DNA from: Candidatus Marinacidobacterales bacterium
Lineage (GTDB): Bacteria > Acidobacteriota > Vicinamibacteria > Marinacidobacterales > SMYC01
Direction of reading: 5' to 3'
Assembly (NCBI GenBank): GCA_965237955.1
Contig: OZ250169.1
Location: 5,152,001 to 5,216,000, forward strand
Length of the DNA stretch: 64,000 nt
Part shown: piece after piece, positions 10,916-21,739 of the stretch
How positions within the stretch are numbered: position 1 is the stretch's first letter
Layout: the number at the start of each line of letters is the position of its first letter
Notes under the pieces: generated by a model
Database searches by the model: none
Told to the model about the DNA's origin: nothing
What the model saw: the letters and a program-made list of their open reading frames with translations, nothing else
Translations under genes and position numbers: made by a program

Positions 10916-13080
10916 GAAAATGAGGCGCACCGTCACGCTTGTGCTCGTCTTTCGAGCCGGGATCGCGCTCGCCTCGGAATCGAGCCACGAGAGGATGCTG
11001 TCGCTCCTGGCCGAGATCCGCGACCGTGCCCCGGAAGAGCATACGTACTTGAGCGATCGCGAGGCGCGGCGACTTGGGGCACGCCTGGCCGAAATGAAGC
11101 CGGGGGCGCTCGATCTCGTCCGCCTCGAGCTCCACCTGAAGCTCGGCGAGGAGGAGCAGCGCCTCGGGAACGAGACCGCCGCCATCGAGAGCTTGACCGC
11201 GGCCTATCGCCTGCTTCCACGGGTGAGGGAGGACGTGGCCAAAGAGTGGATCGTCAGGCTTCTCTTCCGTCTGGCAATGGCGCACCTCCGTTTGGGAGAG
11301 ACGCGGAACTGCGCCCTCACAACCTCTCCCGACGCCTGCATCCTTCCCATTCGAGGTGGCGGCATTCACGTGGACCCGGAGCCCTCGCGCGAAGCCATAC
11401 GATATTTCGCCGAGTGCCTCGAGGAGGCGCCTTTCGGATCGGACCCCTACCTCTCCGCGAGGTGGCTCATCAACATCGCCTACATGACGGTGGACGGCTA
11501 CCCGGACGACGTGCCACCCTCTTACCTCATCCCCGAAGAGCGCTTTGTGTCCGAGCTCGCCTTCCCGCGATTCGAGAACGTGGCTCTCGGCGCCGGCGTC
11601 GCCACGTTCAGCCTCGCAGGGGGTGCCATCGCCGAGGACTTCGATCTCGACGGCCATCTCGATCTCGTCGTCTCCACCGGCGATCCCGCGGGGCAGATGC
11701 GCCTGTTCATTAACGACGAGGAGGGCGGTTTCACCGGAGCGCACCCGTGAGGCCGGACTCGTTGGCTTGTTCGGCGGTTTGAACCTGGTTCAAGCCGACT
11801 ACGACAACGATGGAGACGTCGACGTGCTCGTGCTTCGGGGTGGGTGGATGGTGCGTGAGGGCAGGCATCCGAACTCGCTCCTCCGCAACAACGGTGACGG
11901 CAGCTTTACCGATATCACCTTCGACGTCGGGCTGGGTGAGGTGCACTTGCCCACGCAGACCGCCTCTTGGGGTGATTTCGACAACGACGGGGATCTCGAC
12001 CTCTACGTGGGTAACGAAACGACGCCCGAGCTTCGAGAGGCGCCGTGCCAGCTCTTTCGAAACGACGGAGGGTACTTTCGAGACGTGGCGGCGGCGGCAG
12101 GGGTTACGAACCGGCGGTTCACGAAGTCCGTCGTCTGGGGAGACTACGACGCCGACGGCTGGCTCGATCTCTACGTCTCCAACATCCACGGCGACAATCG
12201 GCTCTACCGCAACCGGGGCGACGGGCGTTTCACGGATGTGGCGCTGGATCTCGGCGTGGCGGACCCCCAAGTGAGCTTCCCCGCCTGGTTCTGGGATTTC
12301 GATAACGATGGCCATCTAGACCTCTACGTGACGTCCTATGACACGAGCATCGGGGATCTCGCGGGCGTCCACCTCGGCCTCGGCTTCTCGAAGGAGCTGG
12401 CCAAGCTCTACCGCGGTGATGGAGGAGGAGCCTTCGTCGATGTAGCCGAGAACCGCAACTTGACCATGCCGGCGGCCACCATGGGCTCCAACTTCGGCGA
12501 TCTGGACAATGACGGGTTCCTCGACTTCTACCTGGGTACGGGAGCGCCGCCCTACGAGGACCTCATGCCGAACGTGATGTATCTGAACCGGGAGGGCGAG
12601 CGCTTCTCCGACGTGAGCGCCGCGGGAGGCTTCTCTCACTTGCAGAAAGGCCACGGGGTCGTGTTCGCGGATCTCGACCACGACGGCGATCAGGACGTGT
12701 TCGAGCAGATGGGTGGCTTCTTCGCCGGGGACCGGTTCCACGACGCGCTCTACGAGAACCCGGGCTTCGGCAACCGCTGGCTCACGGTGGAGCTCTTCGG
12801 CGTCCAATCCAATCGCCTTGCGGTCGGCACGCGGCTCCGCGCTCGCATACGGGTAGGGGGAGGGAGCCTCGACGTGTACAAGCACGTCAACAGCGGTGGC
12901 ACCTTTGGCGCCAACTCCTTTCGTCAGACTCTGGGTCTCGGAGAGGCCGAGAGTCTTCTGGAGCTCGAGGTAGTCTGGGCGGGCTCCGGACGTCGTCAAA
13001 TCTTCACCGACATCCCGCTCGACAGCTTCGTCCAGATCCGCGAAGGCTGGTCCGAGCCCCGGCGCGTCTCGCTCCCTTAG
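10912..13080 (+). CDS. CRTAC1/ASPIC-UnbV family protein with N-terminal helical region; frameshift near 11735
   Basis: ORFs 10872-11750 and 11545-13080 join; DYDNDGDVD repeats, HLQKGHG, SGGTFG motifs. Confidence 0.85.
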
Positions 13081-13179
13081 GGCCCTTAGCTTCGACCTGC
13101 GCTCGACCGGGCTTGCCTCCGGCGGTCGGGCACGGCTAACCTATTGGGGCAGAGAATGTTTTCATTGGAAGAAACGGCG

Positions 13180-15312
13180 ATGAGCGTTTCACGTTTCATG
13201 GGAGTCCCGCTGGTGCTCGCCCTCGCGACGAGTGCCGCCCTGGCCGCCGACGAGCGGGTGGAGCGGCTTCCCGAGGCGTACCGCGAGTGGCTCGAAGAGG
13301 AAGTCGTCTACATCATCACCAAGCGTGAGAAAAACGTCTTTCTCGACCTCACGACGATTCAGGAGCGGGATCGCTTCATCGAGTCCTTCTGGGACCGGCG
13401 CGATACCGACCCGGCGACGCTAGAGAACGAGTTCAAGGTCGAGCACTATCGGCGCCTGGACTACGCCAATACCGTCCTTGCCCGCGACGCCCCGCGGGCC
13501 GGCTGGAGGACGGATCGGGGTGAGTACTACATCATCCTGGGCAAGCCCCTCGAGATCCAGAGATACGACGGGGAGGCGGACGTGGTGGCGATCGAGATCT
13601 GGTTCTATATGGGGGATGCGAAGTACGGGCTACCCGGCCGATTCAACTTGATGTTCTTCAAGGAGAACGACATCGGCGAGTACACGCTTTATCATCCTCT
13701 GGGGGACGGCCCGGAGAGACTCCTGCGCGGAGGCTACGCGAACCAGCTCTTTCAGGTAAACCAGAATATCGCTATGGACATCCTCGAGGGCCTGTCTATC
13801 GATTTGGCGCGGGCCTCTCTGACCATCGACTTGACGGAGACGACGACGCAGTTTCTCAGCTACCGTAACTCCAGGGATCCCATTGAACTCAACGTTCGAC
13901 CTGCCATGAACGTAAACCGCACGCTCGCCGATATCATCGAATCGCCCATGCGGCGCGTCGACACCGAGTATCTGGATGGCTATCTCGAGTTCGGGGACCG
14001 GGTGTCGGCGGACTACAGCTTCAAGTACTTCGCCGTGGAGCACAGTGTGGCCGTCCTCTACGGGCCGAACCGAACGCCCTTCGTCCACTACGCCCTCGAG
14101 ATCGCTCCCGAGAAGTTCACCCTCGAGTCGGACCGCGACGAGACGAGGTATTACACGACCCTGGACGTCGACCTCCAGATTCGAGACGCGGAAGGTCGTC
14201 TGATGGCGACGGACCTCAACCAGCCGCTACTGCAGCTCAGTGCCAGCGATTTCCAGAAAGCCAATGGCTCTCCTTTCGGCTATCGGGACAACTACCCCGT
14301 TCTTCCCGGGGACTACAAAGTGAGCGTCGTCCTGAAGAATCGCGCGACCAAGGAGTACACGGCATTCGAGCGGGAGATCCACGTGCCCGCGGTCGAGCCC
14401 GGAAAGCCTTTCCTCGGAGAGATCGTTCTCGGCTACGGGAAGGGAATTGCCAGCACCCGTCCAGGTGGTCACTTGACCTATCAGCTCGGTGCCACGGAAG
14501 TCTATCCCGTCACGGAGGAGGCCTCCTTTCAAGTGTCCGCGAACGTGGAAGTGCTCGTTCAAGCCCTCGAGGTTCCGCCCGACTATAGCCTGCGCTACTC
14601 CATCCTCGGTCCCGAGGGAACGGTGAGCGAGGAGGAGCAACCCGTGGGAGATTCTGGGGACGCCGCGGCGAAAACGATGTCGCTTCTGGGTCTCGATGCC
14701 GGAAACTACGAGGTCCAAGTCGAGCTGGCGGATCAGGGAGGCTCGGTCGTGGCGACGCGCAAAGCCCCCTTTGTGGTGAGCCCTCGCACCGTCGTGCCCC
14801 GACCCGCTTTCGTCTATCGGCACAGCTTCAACGCCGGCGTTCCGGGCTTTCTGGACTTCACCCTGGGCAATCAGCTCATGGCCGCGGGCCGGACGGCCGA
14901 GGCCGAGGCAGCTCTCGAGCGGGCCGTCGCTTTCGACAATCCCGATCTCCCCATGGCCCGGTGGCGCCTCGCCAGCATGGTGCTCTTTTCGCGCGATGCG
15001 GATCGTGCGTTGGAGCTACTGCTGCCACTCGTAGACGCCCACCCCAACGAGTACGAGGTCGTCGAAGGCATCGGCTTTGCCTGGTACATCAAGCAGGACT
15101 ATGCCCAGGCGAAGGACTACCTCGAGCGCTCGGCGGGAATTCGAGCACCGGACACGAGCCTCTTGAATGCGGTCGGGGACTGCTACGAGCGCCTGGGTGA
15201 TAACGCCAAGGCCAGGGAGTACTACGAGCGCTCGCTCGAGCTCAACCCGCAGCAAGGGGGTGTGAAGGTACGGCTCGAAGGACTCGATAGCGCCGGTAGC
15301 GGGAGCCCTTAA
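13180..15312 (+). CDS. GWxTD domain protein with C-terminal TPR
   Basis: WLEEEVVYII, FWDRRD, GWRTDRGEYYIILG motifs; signal peptide. Confidence 0.92.
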   Translation: MSVSRFMGVPLVLALATSAALAADERVERLPEAYREWLEEEVVYIITKREKNVFLDLTTIQERDRFIESFWDRRDTDPATLENEFKVEHYRRLDYANTVLARDAPRAGWRTDRGEYYIILGKPLEIQRYDGEADVVAIEIWFYMGDAKYGLPGRFNLMFFKENDIGEYTLYHPLGDGPERLLRGGYANQLFQVNQNIAMDILEGLSIDLARASLTIDLTETTTQFLSYRNSRDPIELNVRPAMNVNRTLADIIESPMRRVDTEYLDGYLEFGDRVSADYSFKYFAVEHSVAVLYGPNRTPFVHYALEIAPEKFTLESDRDETRYYTTLDVDLQIRDAEGRLMATDLNQPLLQLSASDFQKANGSPFGYRDNYPVLPGDYKVSVVLKNRATKEYTAFEREIHVPAVEPGKPFLGEIVLGYGKGIASTRPGGHLTYQLGATEVYPVTEEASFQVSANVEVLVQALEVPPDYSLRYSILGPEGTVSEEEQPVGDSGDAAAKTMSLLGLDAGNYEVQVELADQGGSVVATRKAPFVVSPRTVVPRPAFVYRHSFNAGVPGFLDFTLGNQLMAAGRTAEAEAALERAVAFDNPDLPMARWRLASMVLFSRDADRALELLLPLVDAHPNEYEVVEGIGFAWYIKQDYAQAKDYLERSAGIRAPDTSLLNAVGDCYERLGDNAKAREYYERSLELNPQQGGVKVRLEGLDSAGSGSP

Positions 15313-15383
15313 TCGAAGGTCAAGCGTTCGTTGGAGCTCAGACGGGACTGTTGCAAAGAGAACTACTGGGATCTCGTCGCGAG

Positions 15384-17051
15384 CTAGCGCGGAGGCGGCG
15401 AAACGAAAGCAGCCCCGCTCTCGTAGAGCGCGAGCCGCTCGCGCAAAAGCGCAACCAGCTCGTTGGCTCCAGCCGTTTCTGCAATCTCGATCGCTTTGAG
15501 TACGGCGTTTCGTGCCGTCTCCAAATCTCCGGAGGCAGCATAGGCGGCGCCGAGCGTATCGAGCATGATGGGGTTGTTGTAGCCGGTAGCGGCCGCTGCT
15601 CGCTCGGCGAGTCGCACCGCCTCCTTGGGCGCTCTCGAAGAGGGCTCGGGGTGCGTCGCGAGCACCCACGCGATGCCGTTGAGCACCATCGAATGATCCG
15701 GTGCCAGGCGATCCGCTTCACGAAAATGCTCGAGCGCTTCCGTCAATCGATTCAGTTGCCGCAGCGCCGAGCCCAGAGCGGCGTGGCCTTCGGCGAAACC
15801 AGCGCTGATGGCGAGAGCCCGTTCGTAGTGGGTCGTCGCTTGCTCATACGCGCCGCGCTCCGAAGCGACCTCGCCGAGATCGAAATGGGCCCGTTTCGCG
15901 TACCCACTGGAACGCGTCCTCGTGTCGCTCGAGCCCGAAGAAGATTTCCGCGAGCCCGAGTGCAAGGCGAGAGCGCTTTTCTTCGCCGAGCCTCGATCTC
16001 CCACCCGTTGCGGTAGAGAAGCTCGAGGTAGTTCAGGTCGTCACGTTGACGCGCGGAGCCGAGCGGCGGCCTGGCGCCTGGTACCCGAATCCAATGATCG
16101 GTGAACGTCATGCCATAGAAACCCTCCGACTCGTTCGTCATGTGGCAGCCGATGCAGTCTGATGCCGGTGTGACCTGCTCGTACTCGTGCGCGGAACCGG
16201 GCTCGGCGTGGCAACGCAAGCACGTTTCGCGGTATTGGACGTGATCGGCGGCAGCAGTGTTCCTATGCGGAGAGTGGCAGTCGGTGCATGTCAGTGTGCG
16301 ATCGCGCGGCGACGAGCGGAAGCATGCGCTCATCATCAAACCCGCCCCCGCGTGACGGGCGAGCTTCTTCGTGCGCCCGAGCACTTCGAGCGGCTCGAAG
16401 TCGATCGGTTGACGGTGGCACTGCGCGCAAAAACGTACCTGTGCGTGTCGGGTCAGTACCGTGGGGTTGAAGATCTTGGGTGTTCCCGGCGAGCCGTCTA
16501 CGGCAGCGTCGATATGCGTGCTTCCGGGGCCGTGGCATCGTTCGCATTGGATCCCGAATACGGACTGCGACGCGTCGAGCACGTCGTCTTGCCATGCGAT
16601 CGTGGTCGCGTGGCATGCGAGGCACTCCCGTGACTGTTCTACCGTCTTGAGGCTACCGAGGGGGTCGTCGATGTCGTCCGTGCCCGGTGTGCGGAACCAT
16701 GATCCGAGAATGACCGAGTAGGACAGCAGATGCTCGCGGATCGTGCGTCCGGGAGCGGCCCGGATCGGGGTGACGCCGTGGATTCCCGAGCCGAGGATGG
16801 CGGAAACGTCCTCGGGCCGTGGAATCACTTGGGAACCCGCGTCCGCCGGGATCGAGAAAAGCGGGTCGCGCGCTTTCGCACGACGCCCGGTGTGCGCCAT
16901 GTGGTGGGTCTTCTGTTGCTCAATGAGATCTTGGTGACATGCGCCGCAGCGTTCCGAGCCGACGTAAATCGGCGCGATAAGGAAGCGCGAGATTACCCAT
17001 CGCTTCGATGTCGACGCTTTGAGTGAGCACGAGCCATAGAAGCACCACCAT
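15384..17051 (-). CDS. Multiheme c-type cytochrome fused to TPRs; frameshifts near 16975 and 16000
   Basis: CxxCH motifs CGACH, CLACH, CERCH, CAQCH, CTDCH, CLRCH, CIGCH; FTDHWIR; TPR tail in ORF 15384-16004. Confidence 0.85.
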
Positions 17052-17108
17052 GACGAGTCAGGATAGCACTGTCGCCGTCGTGGTCATATAATCCCCGCGC
17101 ACTGGTAC

Positions 17109-17625
17109 ATGGAGCCATCGATGGAACGTAACTTTTGGGTAGGACTCGGCATCATCGCACTCGCGGTTGGCTGCGCGGCACCAGATCCCGAAAACGCCGC
17201 CGATCTCATCATCCACAACGGGCGTGTCTACACCTTTCACTGGGGCGAGCCCGCTCCGGACGGCACACCCGCTCCGGACGCGCCGCACTCCGAGAGCGGA
17301 TGGAGCCCGGACGCCGAGGCAGTCGCGGTCAAGGACGGCGCAATTCTTTTCGTCGGCTCGAGTGCCGACGTCGAGCAGTACCGGGGGAGCGAGACCGAAG
17401 TGATGGATGTCGGGGGTGCCACGGTATTGCCTGGTCTCATTGACTCCCACACGCATGTCGACGACCTCGGTAAGCTCGAGGTGCGGGTCAATTCTCATCG
17501 GTGTGGAGACCGAAGAGGAGGCCATCGACCCCCTCGTCGTGGGTGACGCTGAGCCCGGGCAACTGTTCGACGGGAATGTCGTCATGACCATCGTGGGCGG
17601 TAAACTCCTATACAAAGCGGAGTAG
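17109..17625 (+). pseudogene. YtcJ-like amidohydrolase lipoprotein remnant with large internal deletion
   Basis: N-terminal ADLIIHNGRVYT and VLPGLIDSHTH joined almost directly to C-terminal VVMTIVGGKLLY. Confidence 0.8.
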
Positions 17626-17628
17626 AGA

Positions 17629-18000
17629 ATGTCGAACACAAGAGTTCTTTTGTTGATGCTGGTGACTGCGTTGGTCTCCGCGGCCGCGACTCTGGTAGTA
17701 CAGGAGCAGCGTACGCGGCGCGAGCCCCAGTTCGAGAACGATCACGTCAAAGTGTGGAAGAGCATCATTCTTCCGAACCAGCCGTTACGTTTGCACCGTC
17801 ACGAGAACGGTCGTGCACTGATTGCACCCACCGATGGCGATCTAAAAGTCGTCAACGAAGCGGGGGAAACCGTCGATACCTACGAGTGGAAGGCCGGTAA
17901 GGCCTATTGGCTGGACAAAGATCCGCCCGAGGTTCTGCACGGCGATTTGAACGAAGGACCGGGCACGATCGAAGTGATCGTCGTCGAGCTCCAGAACTGA
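17629..18000 (+). CDS. Small exported cupin-like protein
   Basis: FENDHVKVW, LHRHENGRAL, HGDLNEG, IEVIVVEL; hydrophobic N-terminus. Confidence 0.75.
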   Translation: MSNTRVLLLMLVTALVSAAATLVVQEQRTRREPQFENDHVKVWKSIILPNQPLRLHRHENGRALIAPTDGDLKVVNEAGETVDTYEWKAGKAYWLDKDPPEVLHGDLNEGPGTIEVIVVELQN

Positions 18001-18097
18001 CGCTTTAGCGGCGCGTGTTGTCGGCCATAGATTCTAGAAGCCGCAGAAGGACACCCCCCTCACGCGATGGCGCGGGCAGCGTTGTCGCTTGCGGTGG

Positions 18098-19276
18098 TTA
18101 CGCAGCCTGTGCTTTGGCTGCGCTCAGGACCGTGTCGAAGACCTTGACCGCCCTCTGCATCTCGTCCATCGTGCCGATGGAGATGCGGCAGTGCGTCCAC
18201 AGCGGCGGGAACGGACGTCCCACGCGCACGCCTTCGGCGCGGCATGCCTTCTGGAAATCCTCGATCGGCATCTTGACGTCGACGAACATGAAGTTGGCCT
18301 GCGCGTCGGTGTCCTGGTAGCCGTGATCGTGGAACCACTTCCGCGTGAACGAGCGAGCTTCGCTGTTGCGCTTCTGCTCGTTGGGGATGAAGCTCGGATC
18401 TTTGGCGTCGCGCTCCAGCGCGGCGATGGCAGCCGCGTAGGTGAGGCTCGAGATCGCGTTGGCATGGTGGTACTTCGAGAGCTCCTTGATCGTGTCCTCG
18501 TGCGCGATGGCGTAGCCGACGCGGAGTCCAGCCATTCCGTAGGCTTTCGAGAACGTCCGCGCGACGATGAGGCGCGGCTCGTCGAGAGCTGCCTCGATCA
18601 TCGTCTTGTGGCCTGGAGTGGTCACATAGTCGATGTAGGCTTCGTCCACGAGGATGCGAAGGTCTTTGTTCATCTTGAGAACGCGCTTGATGAACTCGGG
18701 GCCTTCACTCGGGTTGACGAGCGACGCCACGGGGTTGTTCGGGTTGCAGTAAAAGAGCATCCCGGCACCCTTGCAGGCGTAGAACGTCTGGTCGAGATCC
18801 ATCGTGTACTCGCTAGTGAGCGGTACGGCCTTCGTCTTGTGGCCGACGAGAGCCGCATAGCCGAAGCACTCCTCATACGTCGGGAGCGAGCCCACGAGAG
18901 CGTGGCTGTTCGACGTATAGGTCTGCGTCGCGTCTACGAGGATCTGGGTCGAGCCAGCGCCGACGAGGACGTTCTCCGGCTTGACGTTCCACTTCACGGC
19001 GATGGCCTCGTTGAGCGGCGTCGCGAGGTCGAAGGGATAGCGTCCGGGCTTCTCGCCGTGCATGCCGAGGGCCGCCTCGATGCCGTTGAGCACCGGTTGT
19101 CCCGGTCCCATCGGGTTCTCGTTGGTGGCGAGGTTGATCACCTCGTCGACGGGGACTCCCGTCTCGGCAGCGAAAGCAAGGGACTCCTGCTTCCGCGTGC
19201 TGATGAGCGTCGCGGCATAGGCTCCTGCAGCACCGACGCCCAAAGTCTTCATGAAATTTCGTCGCGATTGCGACAT
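18098..19276 (-). CDS. HisC-like class I/II PLP aminotransferase with Tat signal
   Basis: SRRNFMK; NENPMG, CNPNNP, DEAY, RTFSKAYGMAGLRVG; RBS CAGGAGG. Confidence 0.92.
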   Translation of the reverse strand: MSQSRRNFMKTLGVGAAGAYAATLISTRKQESLAFAAETGVPVDEVINLATNENPMGPGQPVLNGIEAALGMHGEKPGRYPFDLATPLNEAIAVKWNVKPENVLVGAGSTQILVDATQTYTSNSHALVGSLPTYEECFGYAALVGHKTKAVPLTSEYTMDLDQTFYACKGAGMLFYCNPNNPVASLVNPSEGPEFIKRVLKMNKDLRILVDEAYIDYVTTPGHKTMIEAALDEPRLIVARTFSKAYGMAGLRVGYAIAHEDTIKELSKYHHANAISSLTYAAAIAALERDAKDPSFIPNEQKRNSEARSFTRKWFHDHGYQDTDAQANFMFVDVKMPIEDFQKACRAEGVRVGRPFPPLWTHCRISIGTMDEMQRAVKVFDTVLSAAKAQAA

Positions 19277-19328
19277 AGCAACCTCCTGAATCTGTTCTGA
19301 AAACTTGTCTCTAGACATTCGACTCGGT

Positions 19329-20522
19329 CTAGTCGTTGCTGCCCGAGCCGGCGTCGGTGGCCGAGATACCAAGCACTTCGCGGAACACTTCCGTGGCGCG
19401 TTTCATCTCGTCCATGGTGCCGAGCGAGATGCGAGCGTACTCCTTCTCGTATGGAGGGAAGTCGCGGCCCACGGTCACCTTGTGTTTCGCGCACCCTTCG
19501 CGAAAGGCCTTCGCGGTCATGTTGGTCTTCACGAAGATGAAGTTCGTCTGGCTATCGGTTGTCCAGTAGCCGTTGCTGCGGAAGAAGTCGAGCGTGTAGT
19601 CGCGAACGGCGGTGTTGCGCTCGACCTCTTTCTCCAGGTGAGCGGGATCGTCGAGAGTACCGGAGATCGCCGCGAGGCCGAGGATGTTGGTACCGAACGT
19701 GAGCATGTAGCCACGGATCTTCGCGGCCGTTTCCTTGGTCGCCAGCGCGTACCCTTGACGAAGCCCCGCCATGCCGTACGCCTTCGAGAACGTGCGTCCG
19801 AGGAGAACGTTTCTGTACTTCAGAGCGAGGTCGGCGCCGGTCTCGTACGCCGGATCGGTCACGTATTCGTTGTACGCCTCGTCCAGCAGAATGTACGTGA
19901 ACGGCGATTCCTTCACCACCCAGCGGACGAAATCGGTGATGGCGCGCTTGCTGTGCGCCGTGGCCGTGGGATTGTTCGGGTTACAGAGGAACACGAGGCC
20001 CGCACCGATGGCGGCTCCCGCCATCTTGTCGAGATCGAGGCCTAGATCGCCGGAGTTCGCGACCTTCTTGACTGGGAGGTCGAAGAGCTCGGCGGTCTCC
20101 ACCGGGGCTCCGTAGCTCAACTCGCCCGTCACCAGAGGACGATTCGGGCCGCAGAACGCGCGAACACAATTGCGCAGGACCTCTCCCGAGCCGGGGGCCA
20201 TGACGATGTTGTCCGCGGTCGCACCGTCGTACATCTTGGCGAGGCGCGCACGAATGTCGCGGTACTTGATCCGGCTGCTGATCGGATAGCGGTTCGACTG
20301 ATCGATGTTGTCCTTGATCGCCTGGATTGCGGACGATCCCGGTCCCAACGGATTCTCGTTGCTGCTGATGCGGATTTCGTCCACGTCGGCCGGCGGAATG
20401 AGCGCCACTTCTACAACGCCGAATTCCCCTTCCAAGGCCTCACGACCCCTGGCGGTGATCATCGCAGGGGAGGGGGCTCCTGGTCCTACAGTGCGCAAAA
20501 ACGCACGACGGGTAAACGTCAT
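19329..20522 (-). CDS. HisC-like PLP aminotransferase paralogue with twin-arginine motif
   Basis: TRRAFLR; NENPLG, CNPNNP, RTFSKAYGMAGLR. Confidence 0.92.
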   Translation of the reverse strand: MTFTRRAFLRTVGPGAPSPAMITARGREALEGEFGVVEVALIPPADVDEIRISSNENPLGPGSSAIQAIKDNIDQSNRYPISSRIKYRDIRARLAKMYDGATADNIVMAPGSGEVLRNCVRAFCGPNRPLVTGELSYGAPVETAELFDLPVKKVANSGDLGLDLDKMAGAAIGAGLVFLCNPNNPTATAHSKRAITDFVRWVVKESPFTYILLDEAYNEYVTDPAYETGADLALKYRNVLLGRTFSKAYGMAGLRQGYALATKETAAKIRGYMLTFGTNILGLAAISGTLDDPAHLEKEVERNTAVRDYTLDFFRSNGYWTTDSQTNFIFVKTNMTAKAFREGCAKHKVTVGRDFPPYEKEYARISLGTMDEMKRATEVFREVLGISATDAGSGSND

Positions 20523-20785
20523 GAGTTCCTCCTTAGTACTTGCTGAGTTGGTGGTGAAATGGTGGGAAACCCGGACCCGCTAAGTGGCAGACACTTAGTA
20601 TGGTGCGGGTGCATCCAGCTTCCTTACCTTCAGAGCCACACTAACTTACACTCCATGTGGGGGCAAAGCAAGCGAACAATGCCTGCTGACAAAGGGCGGG
20701 GCGAACGGGCAAAGTCCGCAGTTAGGGCTGCAAATGGCTGTCGGTAGGACGCTTGCGCTTACCGCCCTTGCCTCAGGTTCCGATC

Positions 20786-20880
20786 GGGCACGGGGCAGAA
20801 GCAAGGGCAGGGGAGTGAACGGGAAGGAGCGGGGACGGGCAGGGGCAGGGGCAGGGGACACCGAGTTGGAACTGGAGCTT
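20786..20880. repeat. Purine-rich simple repeat (GGGCAG/GGGGCA units)
   Basis: gggcaggggcaggggcagggg and variants in the intergenic region. Confidence 0.6.
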
Positions 20881-20903
20881 CGGTGCGGCAAGATGGGTGA
20901 AGC

Positions 20904-21221
20904 ATGGAACTACTTCGAAACACCGAAGATTTCGAGCGTCTTCTTGTCGAGCCCCTCGCGATCATCTTCAAGCACAGCACCATGTGCGGGATCAGCGCTC
21001 GCGCGCACGACGAGACCGAACGATTTCTCGCCGAGAATCCCGAGCAGGCGGTCTACAAAGTCGAAGTCATCGAGTCGAGGCGGGTGTCCGACTACGTCGA
21101 GGAAAAAACCGGTGTCCGCCACGCATCCCCACAGCTTCTCGTGCTGAGGAGTGGCGAGGTCGTCTGGCACGTCTCCCATGCCGGCGTCACTGCGGAGGCC
21201 ATCGCGGCGTCTTTGGGTTAA
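20904..21221 (+). CDS. ytxJ: YtxJ (DUF2847) monothiol thioredoxin-fold protein
   Basis: IFKHSTMCGIS, GVRHASPQ, VVWHVSH motifs. Confidence 0.88.
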   Translation: MELLRNTEDFERLLVEPLAIIFKHSTMCGISARAHDETERFLAENPEQAVYKVEVIESRRVSDYVEEKTGVRHASPQLLVLRSGEVVWHVSHAGVTAEAIAASLG

Positions 21222-21238
21222 GCTTCGGGATTAGGATC

Positions 21239-21727
21239 ATGGCTGCCCAAAAAGAGCGTCGCGAGGAGTTCGACGTCCTCGACGACTACCTCGCGAAAAA
21301 CGGCCTCAAACATTCGAAACAGCGCGAGACCATCCTCCAGCACTTCCTCGACACCAGCGGGCACATGACGGCGGACGATCTCTACCGCGTCATCCATCGA
21401 AAGCATCCCGGTGTCGGGCGCACCACGATCTACCGCGCCCTCAAGGTGTTCGTGGATGCCCAGCTCGCAGACGCGATCGAGCTCCGTGACGGCCTCACCC
21501 GCTTCGAGCACAAATTCCGCCATGCTCACCACGATCATATGATTTGCGTCGAATGCGGCACCATCTTGGAGTTCGTGAGTCAGGAGATCGAGCGTCTCCA
21601 AGACGAGATTGCCGAGGCGTACGGCTTCGTCATCGAGTCCCACCGCCATCAGATGTTCGGCCGCTGTCAGAAGTGTACCCGTAGCAGGAAGTCCGCCCGA
21701 CCGTTAAACCAAACCACCTCTCGTTAG
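21239..21727 (+). CDS. fur: Fur family transcriptional regulator
   Basis: HMTADDLY, TIYRAL, HHDHMICVECG, GRCQKC. Confidence 0.92.
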   Translation: MAAQKERREEFDVLDDYLAKNGLKHSKQRETILQHFLDTSGHMTADDLYRVIHRKHPGVGRTTIYRALKVFVDAQLADAIELRDGLTRFEHKFRHAHHDHMICVECGTILEFVSQEIERLQDEIAEAYGFVIESHRHQMFGRCQKCTRSRKSARPLNQTTSR

Positions 21728-21739
21728 GTCCAACTCCAT

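Noticed and set aside
20897-21238. Long N-terminal extension of Fur in the ORF track
   Set aside because: Overlaps ytxJ in another frame; the real start is 21239.
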